Positions 19,518 to 28,955 of a DNA stretch of 64,000 nt are shown here, piece after piece; position 1 is the stretch's first letter; every line of letters begins with the position of its first letter. The position numbers and the translations under genes were made by a program. The notes below the pieces were generated by a model. It saw only the letters and a program-made list of their open reading frames with translations, was not told where the DNA came from and did not search any database. This DNA comes from Prevotella sp. GTDB lineage: Bacteria > Bacteroidota > Bacteroidia > Bacteroidales > Bacteroidaceae. Where the stretch lies: NCBI GenBank assembly GCA_017556145.1, contig JAFZCU010000045.1, positions 7,270 to 71,269 on the forward strand, in the 5' to 3' direction.

Positions 19518-19610
19518 TGCAAAGATACGAACTATTTCTTAAACTTCCATACTTTTTCGCCCGAAAATTTGGAACTCTCCTTTTTTATTCCTATATTTGC
19601 AGACGGAACA
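19518..19610. promoter_or_regulatory. Bidirectional promoter cassette (copy 1)
   Basis: Minus-strand TATCTTTG and plus-strand TATATTTG boxes. About 83% identical over 77 nt to 55675-55751 (manual alignment). Confidence 0.7.
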
Positions 19611-19627
19611 GATAAATATTTAACTAT

Positions 19628-22492
19628 ATGATGAAACGTCTTATATCTAAAATCCTGTTCACCATGCTTCTTTGCATGTTTGGAGCAAAAGCATCAGCTT
19701 ATGATATTGCTGTAGATAATGACGATGGTGTGACCATTTTTTACAACTACATCAATGACGGAAATGAATTGGAAGTAGCTCGGAGCAACAATTATAGTGG
19801 TATTATCGTCATTCCTGAGGAGGTAACGTATATGAATAAGACCCTAAAGGTGACGAGCATTGGAGACTATGCTTTCTATGAATGCAGCAGTCTTACCAAT
19901 ATAACAATTCCCAACACTGTGACTAGCCTTGGATATTTAGCATTTGAAGGTTGCAGCGGTTTAACCTTTTTAACCATTCCAAATAGTGTGACTTCTATTA
20001 AAAGCTATGCTTTCATGAATTGCAGCGGCTTGACATCCGTAGTTGTAAAGTGTAGTCCTACTACATTAGGTTTCTATTTATTCGATGGTTGCACGAATCT
20101 CAAGGAAGTAACTTTTGACTGTGAAACTATAACATCTATATTCAAAGGCTGTCCTACCATGGAAACTGTATATTTTTTAGAAAAAGTGAAGAGTATCGAT
20201 ATGTTTGCATTCGAACATTGCATCGGACTGACCTCTCTAACCATCCCCAGTAGTGTATCCACAATTTCTGGAAGTGCTTTCATAGGATGCAGCGGTCTAA
20301 CCTCTATTATGGTTGAAAGCGGTAATAAGAATTATGATTCAAGAAATAATTGCAATGCTATAATAGAGAGTTCGTCAAACAAGTTATTAATAGGATGTAA
20401 GAATACTATCATCCCTAACAGTGTGACCTCTATCTTCTATAGTGCTTTTTCTGGTTGCAGCGAACTTACATCCATCACCATTCCCAACAGCGTGACTAGC
20501 ATAGGAAGTGGTGTTTTCTCTGGTTGCTATGGCCTTAATTCTATAACAGTTGAAGTTGGCAATACAGTTTATGATTCTCGTAACAATTGCAATGCTATTA
20601 TAAAAACTGCATCAAATGAGCTGATTTGTGGATGCAAAAATACAACGATCCCCAACAGTGTGACCTCTATCGGCTATAGTGCTTTTTCTGGTTGCAGTAA
20701 CTTAACTACCATCACAATACCCAACAGTGTGACCTCTATCGGCTATAGCGCTTTTTCTGGTTGCAGTAACTTAACTACCATCACAATACCCAACAGTGTG
20801 ACTTCTATCGGTTTTAGTGCTTTTTCTGGTTGCAGTAACTTAACTACCATCACAATTCCCAACAGTGTAACCTATATCGGAGAGTCTACTTTCTCTGGCT
20901 GTAGTAGTCTAACTTCCATCAATATCCCCAACAGTGTTACCTATATCGGAGAGTATGCTTTCCAAAATTGTAGCAGTCTAAAGACTATTACTATCCCTAA
21001 TAGTGTGACCTCTATCAGAGGTTTAGCTTTCGGGTACTGTAGCGCCCTGACAACTGTGACCATCCCTAACAATGTAACCTCAATTGGTATTAACGCATTT
21101 TATGGAACAGCATGGTATGACAACCAACCTGACGGATTAGTATATGCGGGTAAGGTCGCCTATAGTTTTAAGGGGGTAATGCCTGCAAACAATCATATAA
21201 CAATAGAAGATGGAACAATAGGAGTTGCACAAGGTGCTTTTTACGGGTTAAGCAGTCTGACTTCCATAACCTTCCCAAATAGTGTAATCTCAATTGGTAG
21301 TGACGCATTTTATGGAACAGCATGGTATGACAACCAACCTGACGGATTAGTATATGCGGGTAAGGTCGTCTACAATTTTAAGGGGGTAATGCCTGCAAAC
21401 AATCATATAACAATAGAAGATGGAACATTAGGAATTGCAGAACATGCATTCGATGGCAACAGCGCCTTAACTTCTATATCTATCCCCAATAGTGTGAGAT
21501 GGTTAGGTGAATCCGCTTTTTATGGGGCAAATCTACAAACCGTCATTTCGCAAATTGAAGATCCATTTTCTATTAATGGACTTTCAGAGGGTAGACCGAC
21601 ATTTAGCGATAATACATTTGAAAAAGCTATGTTGTATGTTCCTGAGGGAACAATAGAGAAATATAGGGCTACTAAGGGGTGGAAAGATTTCGTTAATATT
21701 GAAACAGGGACTAATTATATACAATTGGAATTGCAGGGAGATTATACCGTACAAGTTCCAATTGGCACATCTTATATAGATGCAGGATTCAAAGCAACAA
21801 TGAATGGACAGGACGCCTCTTCCTTTGTTGTGACCAGCGGACTTGATAATATTGACATGAACACAATTGGTATTTATGACATAACCTATTCTGTCAACAA
21901 TGATAGTTCTATCCCCATTTCTGTATCACGTACTGTGGTGGTCTATGACCCAACGATTGAAACCGATCTCAGTGGTGTATGGACTACACAATCTGGAACA
22001 CAACGTATCTATGATGGCGAGACCGTTACACCGTTTGCAGGCTATACTTGTAAGATTACAAAAGTTGTGCCAAGCATTTTCGCAGTTTCTGACTTCTTCG
22101 CCGGTTATTATGACCAGCGTGCAGGCTATGGAAGTAGCTATGCCTGTAAGGGTTATTTGGGTCTGCGTGCCGACAACATACTTGTTTGTCTGAATAACGG
22201 TGTGGCAGGCTGGGGTGATTCTCTCGATGAGGGATCGTTCGTAGGTTCTTATGATCCTAAGACAGAAACTCTGACTTGGCAGTGCGACTACTATGCAAAT
22301 ACGATGACTTTCTTTATTTACCTCAAAAGCGATGACCCAAGGCCAACGAGGGTCCAATCTCAAAAAAATGATGCAGAGGTCTATCCCACAAGTATCTACA
22401 CTATTGATGGTATGCGCATATTTAAAACTATACGTGGTTTGAACATCATCCGTATGAATGACGGCACAACAAAGAAAGTTATAATGAAATGA
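19628..22492 (+). CDS. BspA-type leucine-rich-repeat surface protein with Ig-like/BT2262-like region and CTD-like tail
   Basis: Signal peptide; many [18 protein letters not shown]_5 repeats; C-terminus IYTIDG...[19 protein letters not shown]. Visibly AT-richer than the flanking core genes. Confidence 0.88.
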   Translation: MMKRLISKILFTMLLCMFGAKASAYDIAVDNDDGVTIFYNYINDGNELEVARSNNYSGIIVIPEEVTYMNKTLKVTSIGDYAFYECSSLTNITIPNTVTSLGYLAFEGCSGLTFLTIPNSVTSIKSYAFMNCSGLTSVVVKCSPTTLGFYLFDGCTNLKEVTFDCETITSIFKGCPTMETVYFLEKVKSIDMFAFEHCIGLTSLTIPSSVSTISGSAFIGCSGLTSIMVESGNKNYDSRNNCNAIIESSSNKLLIGCKNTIIPNSVTSIFYSAFSGCSELTSITIPNSVTSIGSGVFSGCYGLNSITVEVGNTVYDSRNNCNAIIKTASNELICGCKNTTIPNSVTSIGYSAFSGCSNLTTITIPNSVTSIGYSAFSGCSNLTTITIPNSVTSIGFSAFSGCSNLTTITIPNSVTYIGESTFSGCSSLTSINIPNSVTYIGEYAFQNCSSLKTITIPNSVTSIRGLAFGYCSALTTVTIPNNVTSIGINAFYGTAWYDNQPDGLVYAGKVAYSFKGVMPANNHITIEDGTIGVAQGAFYGLSSLTSITFPNSVISIGSDAFYGTAWYDNQPDGLVYAGKVVYNFKGVMPANNHITIEDGTLGIAEHAFDGNSALTSISIPNSVRWLGESAFYGANLQTVISQIEDPFSINGLSEGRPTFSDNTFEKAMLYVPEGTIEKYRATKGWKDFVNIETGTNYIQLELQGDYTVQVPIGTSYIDAGFKATMNGQDASSFVVTSGLDNIDMNTIGIYDITYSVNNDSSIPISVSRTVVVYDPTIETDLSGVWTTQSGTQRIYDGETVTPFAGYTCKITKVVPSIFAVSDFFAGYYDQRAGYGSSYACKGYLGLRADNILVCLNNGVAGWGDSLDEGSFVGSYDPKTETLTWQCDYYANTMTFFIYLKSDDPRPTRVQSQKNDAEVYPTSIYTIDGMRIFKTIRGLNIIRMNDGTTKKVIMK
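20651..20857 (+). repeat. Three near-identical 69-bp tandem LRR units
   Basis: Units start at 20651, 20720 and 20789 (cccaacagtgtgac...accatcacaat). Confidence 0.85.
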
Positions 22493-22505
22493 TAACTCAC
22501 AAAAT

Positions 22506-22559
22506 ATATCACAGGGATGGTTCTTCTGATATATCGAAAGAATGCCGTCCCTGCGATAT
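22506..22559. repeat. Degenerate REP-like palindrome of the same family as 1651-1724
   Basis: atatcacagggatggttctt...aagaatgccgtccctgcgatat. Confidence 0.55.
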
Positions 22560-22599
22560 CAGAGGGCAATGATTACATCAAGATGTTTATTAAGAGGTA

Positions 22600-22640
22600 T
22601 TTAAAATAAAAAGAGCCCTTTCGAGGCTCTTTTATTTAAA
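22600..22640. terminator. Bidirectional terminator
   Basis: taaaaagagcc-ctttcga-ggctcttttattt. Confidence 0.8.
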
Positions 22641-22710
22641 TGGGTAGTGTCGATAAAGGCTTGCCCCTCGCGGGAAACTTACTCGGATAGCCAGAACTTT
22701 CATTCTGACG
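22605..22710 (-). ncRNA. Candidate structured small RNA (~105 nt)
   Basis: Follows a near-consensus ...TTCTTTGCA promoter end. Two GNRA-capped hairpins (GUCAGAAU-GAAA-GUUCUGGC and CCC-GCGA-GGG), then a terminator. GC-rich island in AT-rich DNA with no plausible ORF inside the predicted transcript. Confidence 0.5.
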
Positions 22711-22976
22711 GTGCAAAGAACTACTTTTGAATAATCCCAATTTTGGAGCGGCAAAATCAAAGAAACGTGCTTTTTTCTCATGACACGGAGATGCCTGACC
22801 CCAGTGCATAGAGTCTGTCACCGTGTGTCAGTTACCCGTTTTAGGCAACTATTTGATTGTCAATTTACTAAAAATATCCTAAAACAGACAACTTTTATTG
22901 CAAAGTTCATTGTTTTATCGATAAAATATTGTATTTTTGTGCACGCTAACAATTATGTTTAATTAGATATCTTTGT

Positions 22977-24137
22977 ATGAGCAAGTATAGAAAGAAATTT
23001 GCACCGACAAAAGATGGTTTTCAGGAGGTTTGGGATTCAATGCAAGATCCCACCATTGAGCAAATTATGGCCGGAATTCAAGCTCATAAACCTACCAAAG
23101 AACAACTGTTGGAGAAGATTAGATATTTCCGTAACAGCCGTAGCACAATTGACATTGAACTGAATAGACTCGCAAACTATTCAGAAGACTATAATGAATT
23201 ATGGGCAGCTAAAAACATTTATCATTTCGGCACGACAGAGGCACTACAGAACAGAACAAAGAGCCAGTGCAAACGTTGGGCTGAGATGTTGGAACTTACA
23301 TCGCCAAGATATAATCAAAAGGCAGCTCCGCCAGGTGTTGAGCAGACCGTTTTTAATGCTTCCTATTTAACCAAAAAGCCATACGAACCTGATCTCTGGG
23401 GACCAGCAAGCTATGGGACCATCATATACGACTTGAAAGAAGAGTTGGATTTCATTGTCAGCCATTTAGAGGATGGTGAACAATTATGCAAGGACACATT
23501 AGCAAGAGAAGAAGAAATCGACAATGATCCAGAACAGAAGAAGCTACTTTACGAAAGACAATACAGGGAAGAGGAGGAAAGAAACCAAGAAACCATTGAT
23601 GATTATTGTAGAGAAGGGAGTATCAGTGATGTCAATCAGCTATATCAAAAGATGCTTGAATATGATGACCGTGACGACTTTATCAATGAATACTTTCATG
23701 GTCCCTCCACATCACAGTTTTCCCGCTATGTTGTTGTCGACTCCACAATGAATGCGCTTAAAAAGAATACTTCTCCAGTGGCAAGGCGTTTGTTAGGCAA
23801 TGACATTAACAAAATATTACAGGTAAATCGTGCTATTGACCATCTTGACCAACTGCTGGATATAAAGCCTGGAGGACAATTCGAACCTTTAAGCATTGTA
23901 CAATGCATCAGGTGGTGTAAAGTCCTTCCCAGCACCAAAAAGCACCGGGACAACGAGAGAGTATTCTATGAGGATTATCTGAAACCAAATTACCAAGGCA
24001 CTCATACGTGGCCGGCATGGAATACAGTATTCACTCGTAGGCAATCGATGGGTGATGATGAGCGCCAACTCAAATTGGATGCAGCAAGCTTTGATAAGAA
24101 ATATAGGGAAGTCTGCGGTAAAGATGACACAGAATAA
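22977..24137 (+). CDS. Hypothetical protein (386 aa, helical, no recognised motif)
   Basis: Long ORF in AT-rich DNA, with a -7-like TATTTTTG box upstream and an A/T-rich initiation region. Confidence 0.75.
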   Translation: MSKYRKKFAPTKDGFQEVWDSMQDPTIEQIMAGIQAHKPTKEQLLEKIRYFRNSRSTIDIELNRLANYSEDYNELWAAKNIYHFGTTEALQNRTKSQCKRWAEMLELTSPRYNQKAAPPGVEQTVFNASYLTKKPYEPDLWGPASYGTIIYDLKEELDFIVSHLEDGEQLCKDTLAREEEIDNDPEQKKLLYERQYREEEERNQETIDDYCREGSISDVNQLYQKMLEYDDRDDFINEYFHGPSTSQFSRYVVVDSTMNALKKNTSPVARRLLGNDINKILQVNRAIDHLDQLLDIKPGGQFEPLSIVQCIRWCKVLPSTKKHRDNERVFYEDYLKPNYQGTHTWPAWNTVFTRRQSMGDDERQLKLDAASFDKKYREVCGKDDTE

Positions 24138-24139
24138 TG

Positions 24140-24375
24140 GAATGATTAGATTTTTTTAACCAATGTTTTCGGAATGGTTTTTCATTAAATCCATTCCGTT
24201 TTCTGTATGATAGAGCTTCTGTTAAACCGACAAAACACAATTACAACCTTTTTTCACTTGAATGGAATTGATGTTGTATCAATATCCAGACTTTTCATTC
24301 AGAAACAGGTCATCTCCATTCTATTTTCATGAATGAGCTTATTTATTTCTGTCTAATCTCATTCCTTAGTCATTC
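24140..24375. repeat. Dispersed GAATG/CATTC motif field
   Basis: Nine copies at 24140, 24172, 24192, 24260, 24296, 24317, 24331, 24360 and 24371, on both strands. Confidence 0.65.
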
Positions 24376-24539
24376 TTATGATTATTTTATGAGGTAATGA
24401 TGTTACGGGGGAAATACCTAAATTTGCACCATCTTCTTAGGCACGAAGCTGCGTGCTCATCATGAAGAGGCGGTAAATCAGGCATGACTGTCAGCAAGGT
24501 AAACCTGAGACCACGTTTCCGATAAATAATAAAAGAATT

Positions 24540-27335
24540 ATGGAAACGAATCTTTTACAGCGAGTCTATGACGCAACGCATGACGGACTCGACATCATCA
24601 CCGACCTGCTGACGGCAGTCGATGATGCAGTGATTAACAAAAAGAAGGCGTTTCGCTTTCGACCTGACGAGCGCACGCCGTCAGCTCACCTTTATCCGCC
24701 CGACCAAAGGCGGCCTTATTGGCACGTGAAGGACTTCGGCATGGGTGAGGGTGGAGGACTCTTTTCACCCATCGACCTCTACATGTGGGAGCGTGACTAC
24801 AACAAGGACAAGTTCCGATTGGCAGTGGAGGAACTGGCTGAACGTTACGGGGTGCAGGAGTTGCTTACCGGCAGCACCAATAAGCCCGTGATAGAGCAGC
24901 GTGCAGCTCAGCCCGACGAAATTGGAGCGATGCCACGTATCAAGCTCTCCGGGAGTCTGGCAGGTATTGACCTCAGCTGTTGGGGAGCCAACGTCAAGCA
25001 GGAGCACTTGGAAACCTACGGGTGGAAAGGCGTCAGCGAGGTGGCCATCACCTACGGAGATAAGGTCACCGTGCGCAAGCCAACACCTACGTACCCTATC
25101 TTTGCCCAGCAGTGCGATTATGTTGACGAGCAGGGACAACCACAGGTCTTCTACAAGGTCTACGAGCCACGTAACCCCGACAAGGCCCACCGCTTCCTCA
25201 TCGTCGGCAAGAAACCGCAGCAGAACTACATCTACGGTTTGCAGACTGTACGCCAACGCTTTCAGGAGCAAGGCGAGGAGAAGTTGTCTGTGCTGCTGCT
25301 CGTCAGCGGCGGCAGCGATGCCGTGTGTGCCTTAAGTTACGGCTATCTGGCGATATGGCTCGACAGCGAGACGAAGGGACTGTCAGATTACGACTACAAC
25401 GTATTGATGAAGTACACCAAATGGCTGGTGAACATTCCCGACATCGACGAAACTGGCATCAAGGCAGGTCGACGCCTCGCACTCACACACCTTGGCGTCC
25501 ATACGGCATGGCTCACGCAGAGTGACATGGGCGGCCTACACGACAACCGTGGCCGACAGTGCAAGGATCTGCGCGACTACTGCCGTCTGAACCCGTCGAA
25601 GAAGGCGATGGACACACTTGTGAATCGTGCTATCAAAGCTAAGTTTTGGTCTCTGTGTGAGAAAAAGAAAGAGTACACGCTGAGTCTCACGTCGCTCAAC
25701 TACTTCCTGGAATTGAACGGATTCTACACGTTGAAAGATGAGTCGCGCTGTGAGCCCGTCTACATACGCATCGACGGCATTATTGTCACGAAGGTCACGG
25801 CAAAGGCCATCGTCGGTTTCCTGAAGCAGTGGATGGAGTGTCAGGGACTGCCCAAACTCCTTCAGGACAAGGTGCTTCGCAGCCGCGACCTGCCCACCAA
25901 CAATGTCAGCACGCTCCGCGAGCGTGATGATCTCGACTTCCGTAAGGGGACTGCTACGTCGCAGTACTTCCACTTCCGCAATTGCTGGGTGGAGGTCACT
26001 GCCGACGGCATAAAGACCCATCGCTACGCCGATGCAGCAGACCACTACGTCTGGGCTGACCATATCATCCAGCATGACTATCGTCCGATGCCTGACATGT
26101 TCACAGTCGCCACCGACGAGGACGGACGCTACAACGTCGATATCGCTGAGAACATGGAGCTGAGCAACCTGTTCAAGTTCCAGATCAATACGTCACGTCT
26201 CTATTGGCGCAAGCAAGATGAAGGTGGCCTGGAGTTGACCGACGATGAGATTGCTGAGCAGAATTGCAGTCTTGCTAGCAAACTGGCTAACTATGGCTAT
26301 CTACTTTCCGACTACAAGTCAGAGTCGGAGGCTTGGGCCACCATCTGTATGGACAGCACGATGGCAGAGAGTGTTGACGAGTGTAACGGTAGAAGCGGTA
26401 AGTCATTCTATGTGAATGCTATTGCCATGATGGCAAGAACATTCAAGATTGATGCCGGCACGACATCGTTCCGAGATCCGCGTTTCATCTTCGACGGTGT
26501 GACGGAGGACACGTCGCTGGTGTTCATCGACGAGTGTCCGTTTCGATTCAACTACAACTTCATCTACGGCATGGTGTCGGGCGACTTCCGTGTAGAGGAG
26601 AAGAACCGCCACTCGTTCGTCATTCCCTTTGCCCAGAGTCCGAAGTTTGTGTTGGCCACCAACTTTACGCTCTCACGTCACGATCCTTCGACCGAAGGGC
26701 GCATCTGGCCACTGCCTTTCTCGGACTACTACCACGTGAAGACCTCGCAGAACGACTACCGCGAGACGCGCTCCATCCGCGATGACTTCGGCAAGAATCT
26801 GATGGGTACCGAATACGGCGAGCATGACTGGCAGTTGGATTTCGCCTTCATGACCCAGTGCGTGCGTTTCTACCTGTCACTGAAACCTGGCGAGCGTCGT
26901 ATCATACCACCACTTAGCCGCATTGAGCGCCGTGAGCAAATGGCTGCCGTGGGTAAGGACTTCCGCCAGTGGGCCGATGAATACTTTGCCGAGGATAGCG
27001 GTCATCTGGACTGTGAACTGAAGGCAGAAACAGTGCTTGCCGACTTCAATCAGGAGACAAAGTTCGGCTGGCCGCCCAAGAAGATGACGCAGCACTTGAA
27101 CGCCTATTGCCAGTTTGCAGACCACTTGCACTGTCTGAACCCTGTCAGCATCACCCACAAGCAAAAAGACGGTGAACGCTGGATCAAGCGCGATGAGAAC
27201 AATCAGCAGAAGGCCTTCTACTATGTGCTTTCGACCAAGGCTGCCGCAGAAGCAGCAAAAGCAGACGCCGTTCAGACCGGCCTCGACTTCGAGACTGGCA
27301 ACAACGCGGATTGGCACGACGGTGATCCATTCTAA
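24540..27335 (+). CDS. Primase-helicase: degenerate CHC2-like N-terminus, TOPRIM-like domain, SF3 (P4/D5-like) helicase
   Basis: DERTPSA...KDFG...F..AVEELAERYG; LVSGGSDA and IPDIDETG (DxD); Walker A GRSGKS, Walker B LVFIDE, sensor LATN. Promoter box TAAATTTG near 24419. Confidence 0.78.
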   Translation: METNLLQRVYDATHDGLDIITDLLTAVDDAVINKKKAFRFRPDERTPSAHLYPPDQRRPYWHVKDFGMGEGGGLFSPIDLYMWERDYNKDKFRLAVEELAERYGVQELLTGSTNKPVIEQRAAQPDEIGAMPRIKLSGSLAGIDLSCWGANVKQEHLETYGWKGVSEVAITYGDKVTVRKPTPTYPIFAQQCDYVDEQGQPQVFYKVYEPRNPDKAHRFLIVGKKPQQNYIYGLQTVRQRFQEQGEEKLSVLLLVSGGSDAVCALSYGYLAIWLDSETKGLSDYDYNVLMKYTKWLVNIPDIDETGIKAGRRLALTHLGVHTAWLTQSDMGGLHDNRGRQCKDLRDYCRLNPSKKAMDTLVNRAIKAKFWSLCEKKKEYTLSLTSLNYFLELNGFYTLKDESRCEPVYIRIDGIIVTKVTAKAIVGFLKQWMECQGLPKLLQDKVLRSRDLPTNNVSTLRERDDLDFRKGTATSQYFHFRNCWVEVTADGIKTHRYADAADHYVWADHIIQHDYRPMPDMFTVATDEDGRYNVDIAENMELSNLFKFQINTSRLYWRKQDEGGLELTDDEIAEQNCSLASKLANYGYLLSDYKSESEAWATICMDSTMAESVDECNGRSGKSFYVNAIAMMARTFKIDAGTTSFRDPRFIFDGVTEDTSLVFIDECPFRFNYNFIYGMVSGDFRVEEKNRHSFVIPFAQSPKFVLATNFTLSRHDPSTEGRIWPLPFSDYYHVKTSQNDYRETRSIRDDFGKNLMGTEYGEHDWQLDFAFMTQCVRFYLSLKPGERRIIPPLSRIERREQMAAVGKDFRQWADEYFAEDSGHLDCELKAETVLADFNQETKFGWPPKKMTQHLNAYCQFADHLHCLNPVSITHKQKDGERWIKRDENNQQKAFYYVLSTKAAAEAAKADAVQTGLDFETGNNADWHDGDPF

Positions 27336-27400
27336 CCAGACGCTTTCAAGCTGCCCAACAATGCCCGCCCTGAGTCTCAGTGCTCAGAGCGGGCATTCTT

Positions 27401-27608
27401 GTTACAGATACAGTTGCTACACATCATTCCACTTCTTTTCTACTATATTCTTTTTTTATTCTTAGACCCTGATTTTTTGCATTTTAAGTGTAAAAGTGTA
27501 ACTAGAGTCCTAAAATTGTATATAACACTATGAAATACAGACCTTTACGTTCTGTTACACATCCGTTACACTTTTGCTACACTTTTTCCCCTTGCACCAA
27601 TGTGTAAC
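27401..27608. repeat. Iteron-like G(T/C)TACAC repeats downstream of the primase-helicase
   Basis: Direct copies at 27554, 27565 and 27576 (11-bp period), plus 27401 and 27416. Inverted copies at 27488, 27496 and 27602. Confidence 0.65.
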
Positions 27609-27629
27609 AGGAAGACGACGGAATTTTTG

Positions 27630-27689
27630 TTAGATAGCCTCCTAACACTTTTTCGAAGGCCATGGAAAAAGTGCTAGAAGGCCTTCTAA
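27630..27689. repeat. Imperfect inverted repeat
   Basis: gcctcctaacactttttc ... gaaaaagtgctagaaggc (16/18 complementary). Confidence 0.6.
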
Positions 27690-27711
27690 AATTACTTCAT
27701 GAAGAAAGCTG

Positions 27712-27819
27712 CTATTGTTCTAATTTCCGGTCAGCCCGCTCTTCAAACGCCTCTTTCTGTTTCTGAAGATTGCGAAGGGCTTCGAGAATTTCTTGTTTTG
27801 ATCTTTTTGTTGTTTCCAT
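27712..27819 (-). CDS. Small 35-aa protein or gene stub
   Basis: METTKRSKQEILEALRNLQKQKEAFEERADRKLEQ, preceded by a -7-like TATATTCG (27849-27856). Confidence 0.4.
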   Translation of the reverse strand: METTKRSKQEILEALRNLQKQKEAFEERADRKLEQ

Positions 27820-28087
27820 AAATACTATTGTTATTGTGATTTCGAGTGCGAATATAGGTGTTGTTTTCGATATGACTAAGTTTTTATCCCCCAAAAGTAA
27901 TCTTTATGAAGCTTCTATTCGCACATCTTTTTAACATAATTTGATACAATATTTTTGAAAATAATTTGCATAATTCAGAAATTTTTAGTATCTTTGCAAT
28001 GTAATCAAGAGTGGTTATATATGCGGGAAGCGGCCACCCGATGTAGTTGGTCGTAAGATAGTTTAATACCATGAAATTTTTTAAACT

Positions 28088-28954
28088 ATGGCATTAAAAA
28101 TCAAAGCAAAGGAGAAGAAGCTTAAATTCTCCAAGAACGAGAACGATCCTGGTTTCTGGCGCTACGTGTTGGTGCCTGACCTGTACTCCACACTCGACCA
28201 GGACAAAGTGATCAAGGAAGCTGCCATCCGCTCAGGCGTGAGCGAAGGAGTGATGCAGGCTTGTTGGAAAGGTGCCGGAGAGGTGATCAAGGCCTGGGCA
28301 ACAGAGGGTCACAGTGTGGCTCTGCCCGGACTGGGTAACATGCGCTTCGGTCTGTCGGCCAAGGCGGTGGCTGATGTCAACGATGTGAAGACATCGCTTA
28401 TCAAGACCCGCCGCATCATCTTCACGCCGACAGTGGCGCTGAAGGAGGAACTGGCCAACACCGCCATCCAGATTACCTGTTACGACCGCGATGGCAACAT
28501 CGTGAAGCGTGTGACCTCTGCTGATCCAGGTACCGTTGAAGAGCCCGAGGGTGATGAGACCGGTGCCGAGACTGGTACTGAGACCGGCACAGAGAATGGC
28601 GGTTCACAGAGCCAGGGCGGCAGTCAGAGTGGCTCTTCGACAGGCTCAGAGACCGGTTCAGAGACCACAACGGGCTATGCGCTGACGATCAGCACCAGCG
28701 GCTCAGGTTCTGCCAGCGTGACCAAGGACGGCAATGCCGTAGCCTCTGGCGCAGAGCTGAGCGAGGACGATGAGGTGGCAATCAGCATCACGCCTGCAGA
28801 GGGTCAGGTGCCCACGGCCACACTGAACGGCTCGAGCATCGAACTCACGGAGAGTGATGGCGTTTACACCGGCAACTTCGCCATGCCCGGACAGGCCAGC
28901 ACGTTGGTGATCAACACCGGCGCAGCTGATGACGATGGCTTCGACAAGGACTAA
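28088..28954 (+). CDS. HU-like (Bacteroidetes long HU family) DNA-binding protein with acidic linker and C-terminal beta-sandwich
   Basis: EGHSVALPGLGNMRFGLSAK...RRIIFTP is the HU-like core, followed by an E/T/G/S-rich linker and an ~85-aa beta-rich domain. Promoter TATCTTTG at 27989. Confidence 0.78.
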   Translation: MALKIKAKEKKLKFSKNENDPGFWRYVLVPDLYSTLDQDKVIKEAAIRSGVSEGVMQACWKGAGEVIKAWATEGHSVALPGLGNMRFGLSAKAVADVNDVKTSLIKTRRIIFTPTVALKEELANTAIQITCYDRDGNIVKRVTSADPGTVEEPEGDETGAETGTETGTENGGSQSQGGSQSGSSTGSETGSETTTGYALTISTSGSGSASVTKDGNAVASGAELSEDDEVAISITPAEGQVPTATLNGSSIELTESDGVYTGNFAMPGQASTLVINTGAADDDGFDKD

Positions 28955-28955
28955 A

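Noticed and set aside
21095-21427. LRR duplication as a DGR template/variable repeat pair
   Set aside because: Differences include C/T changes rather than adenine-only substitutions, both copies are in the same ORF, and no reverse transcriptase is present.
22781-22832. Weak inverted repeat tgacacgg...ccgtgtgtca upstream of the 386-aa gene
   Set aside because: Short and degenerate; may be a decayed REP, but not supportable alone.
24540-28954. Calling the region a prophage
   Set aside because: No structural, lysis, terminase or integrase genes are visible.
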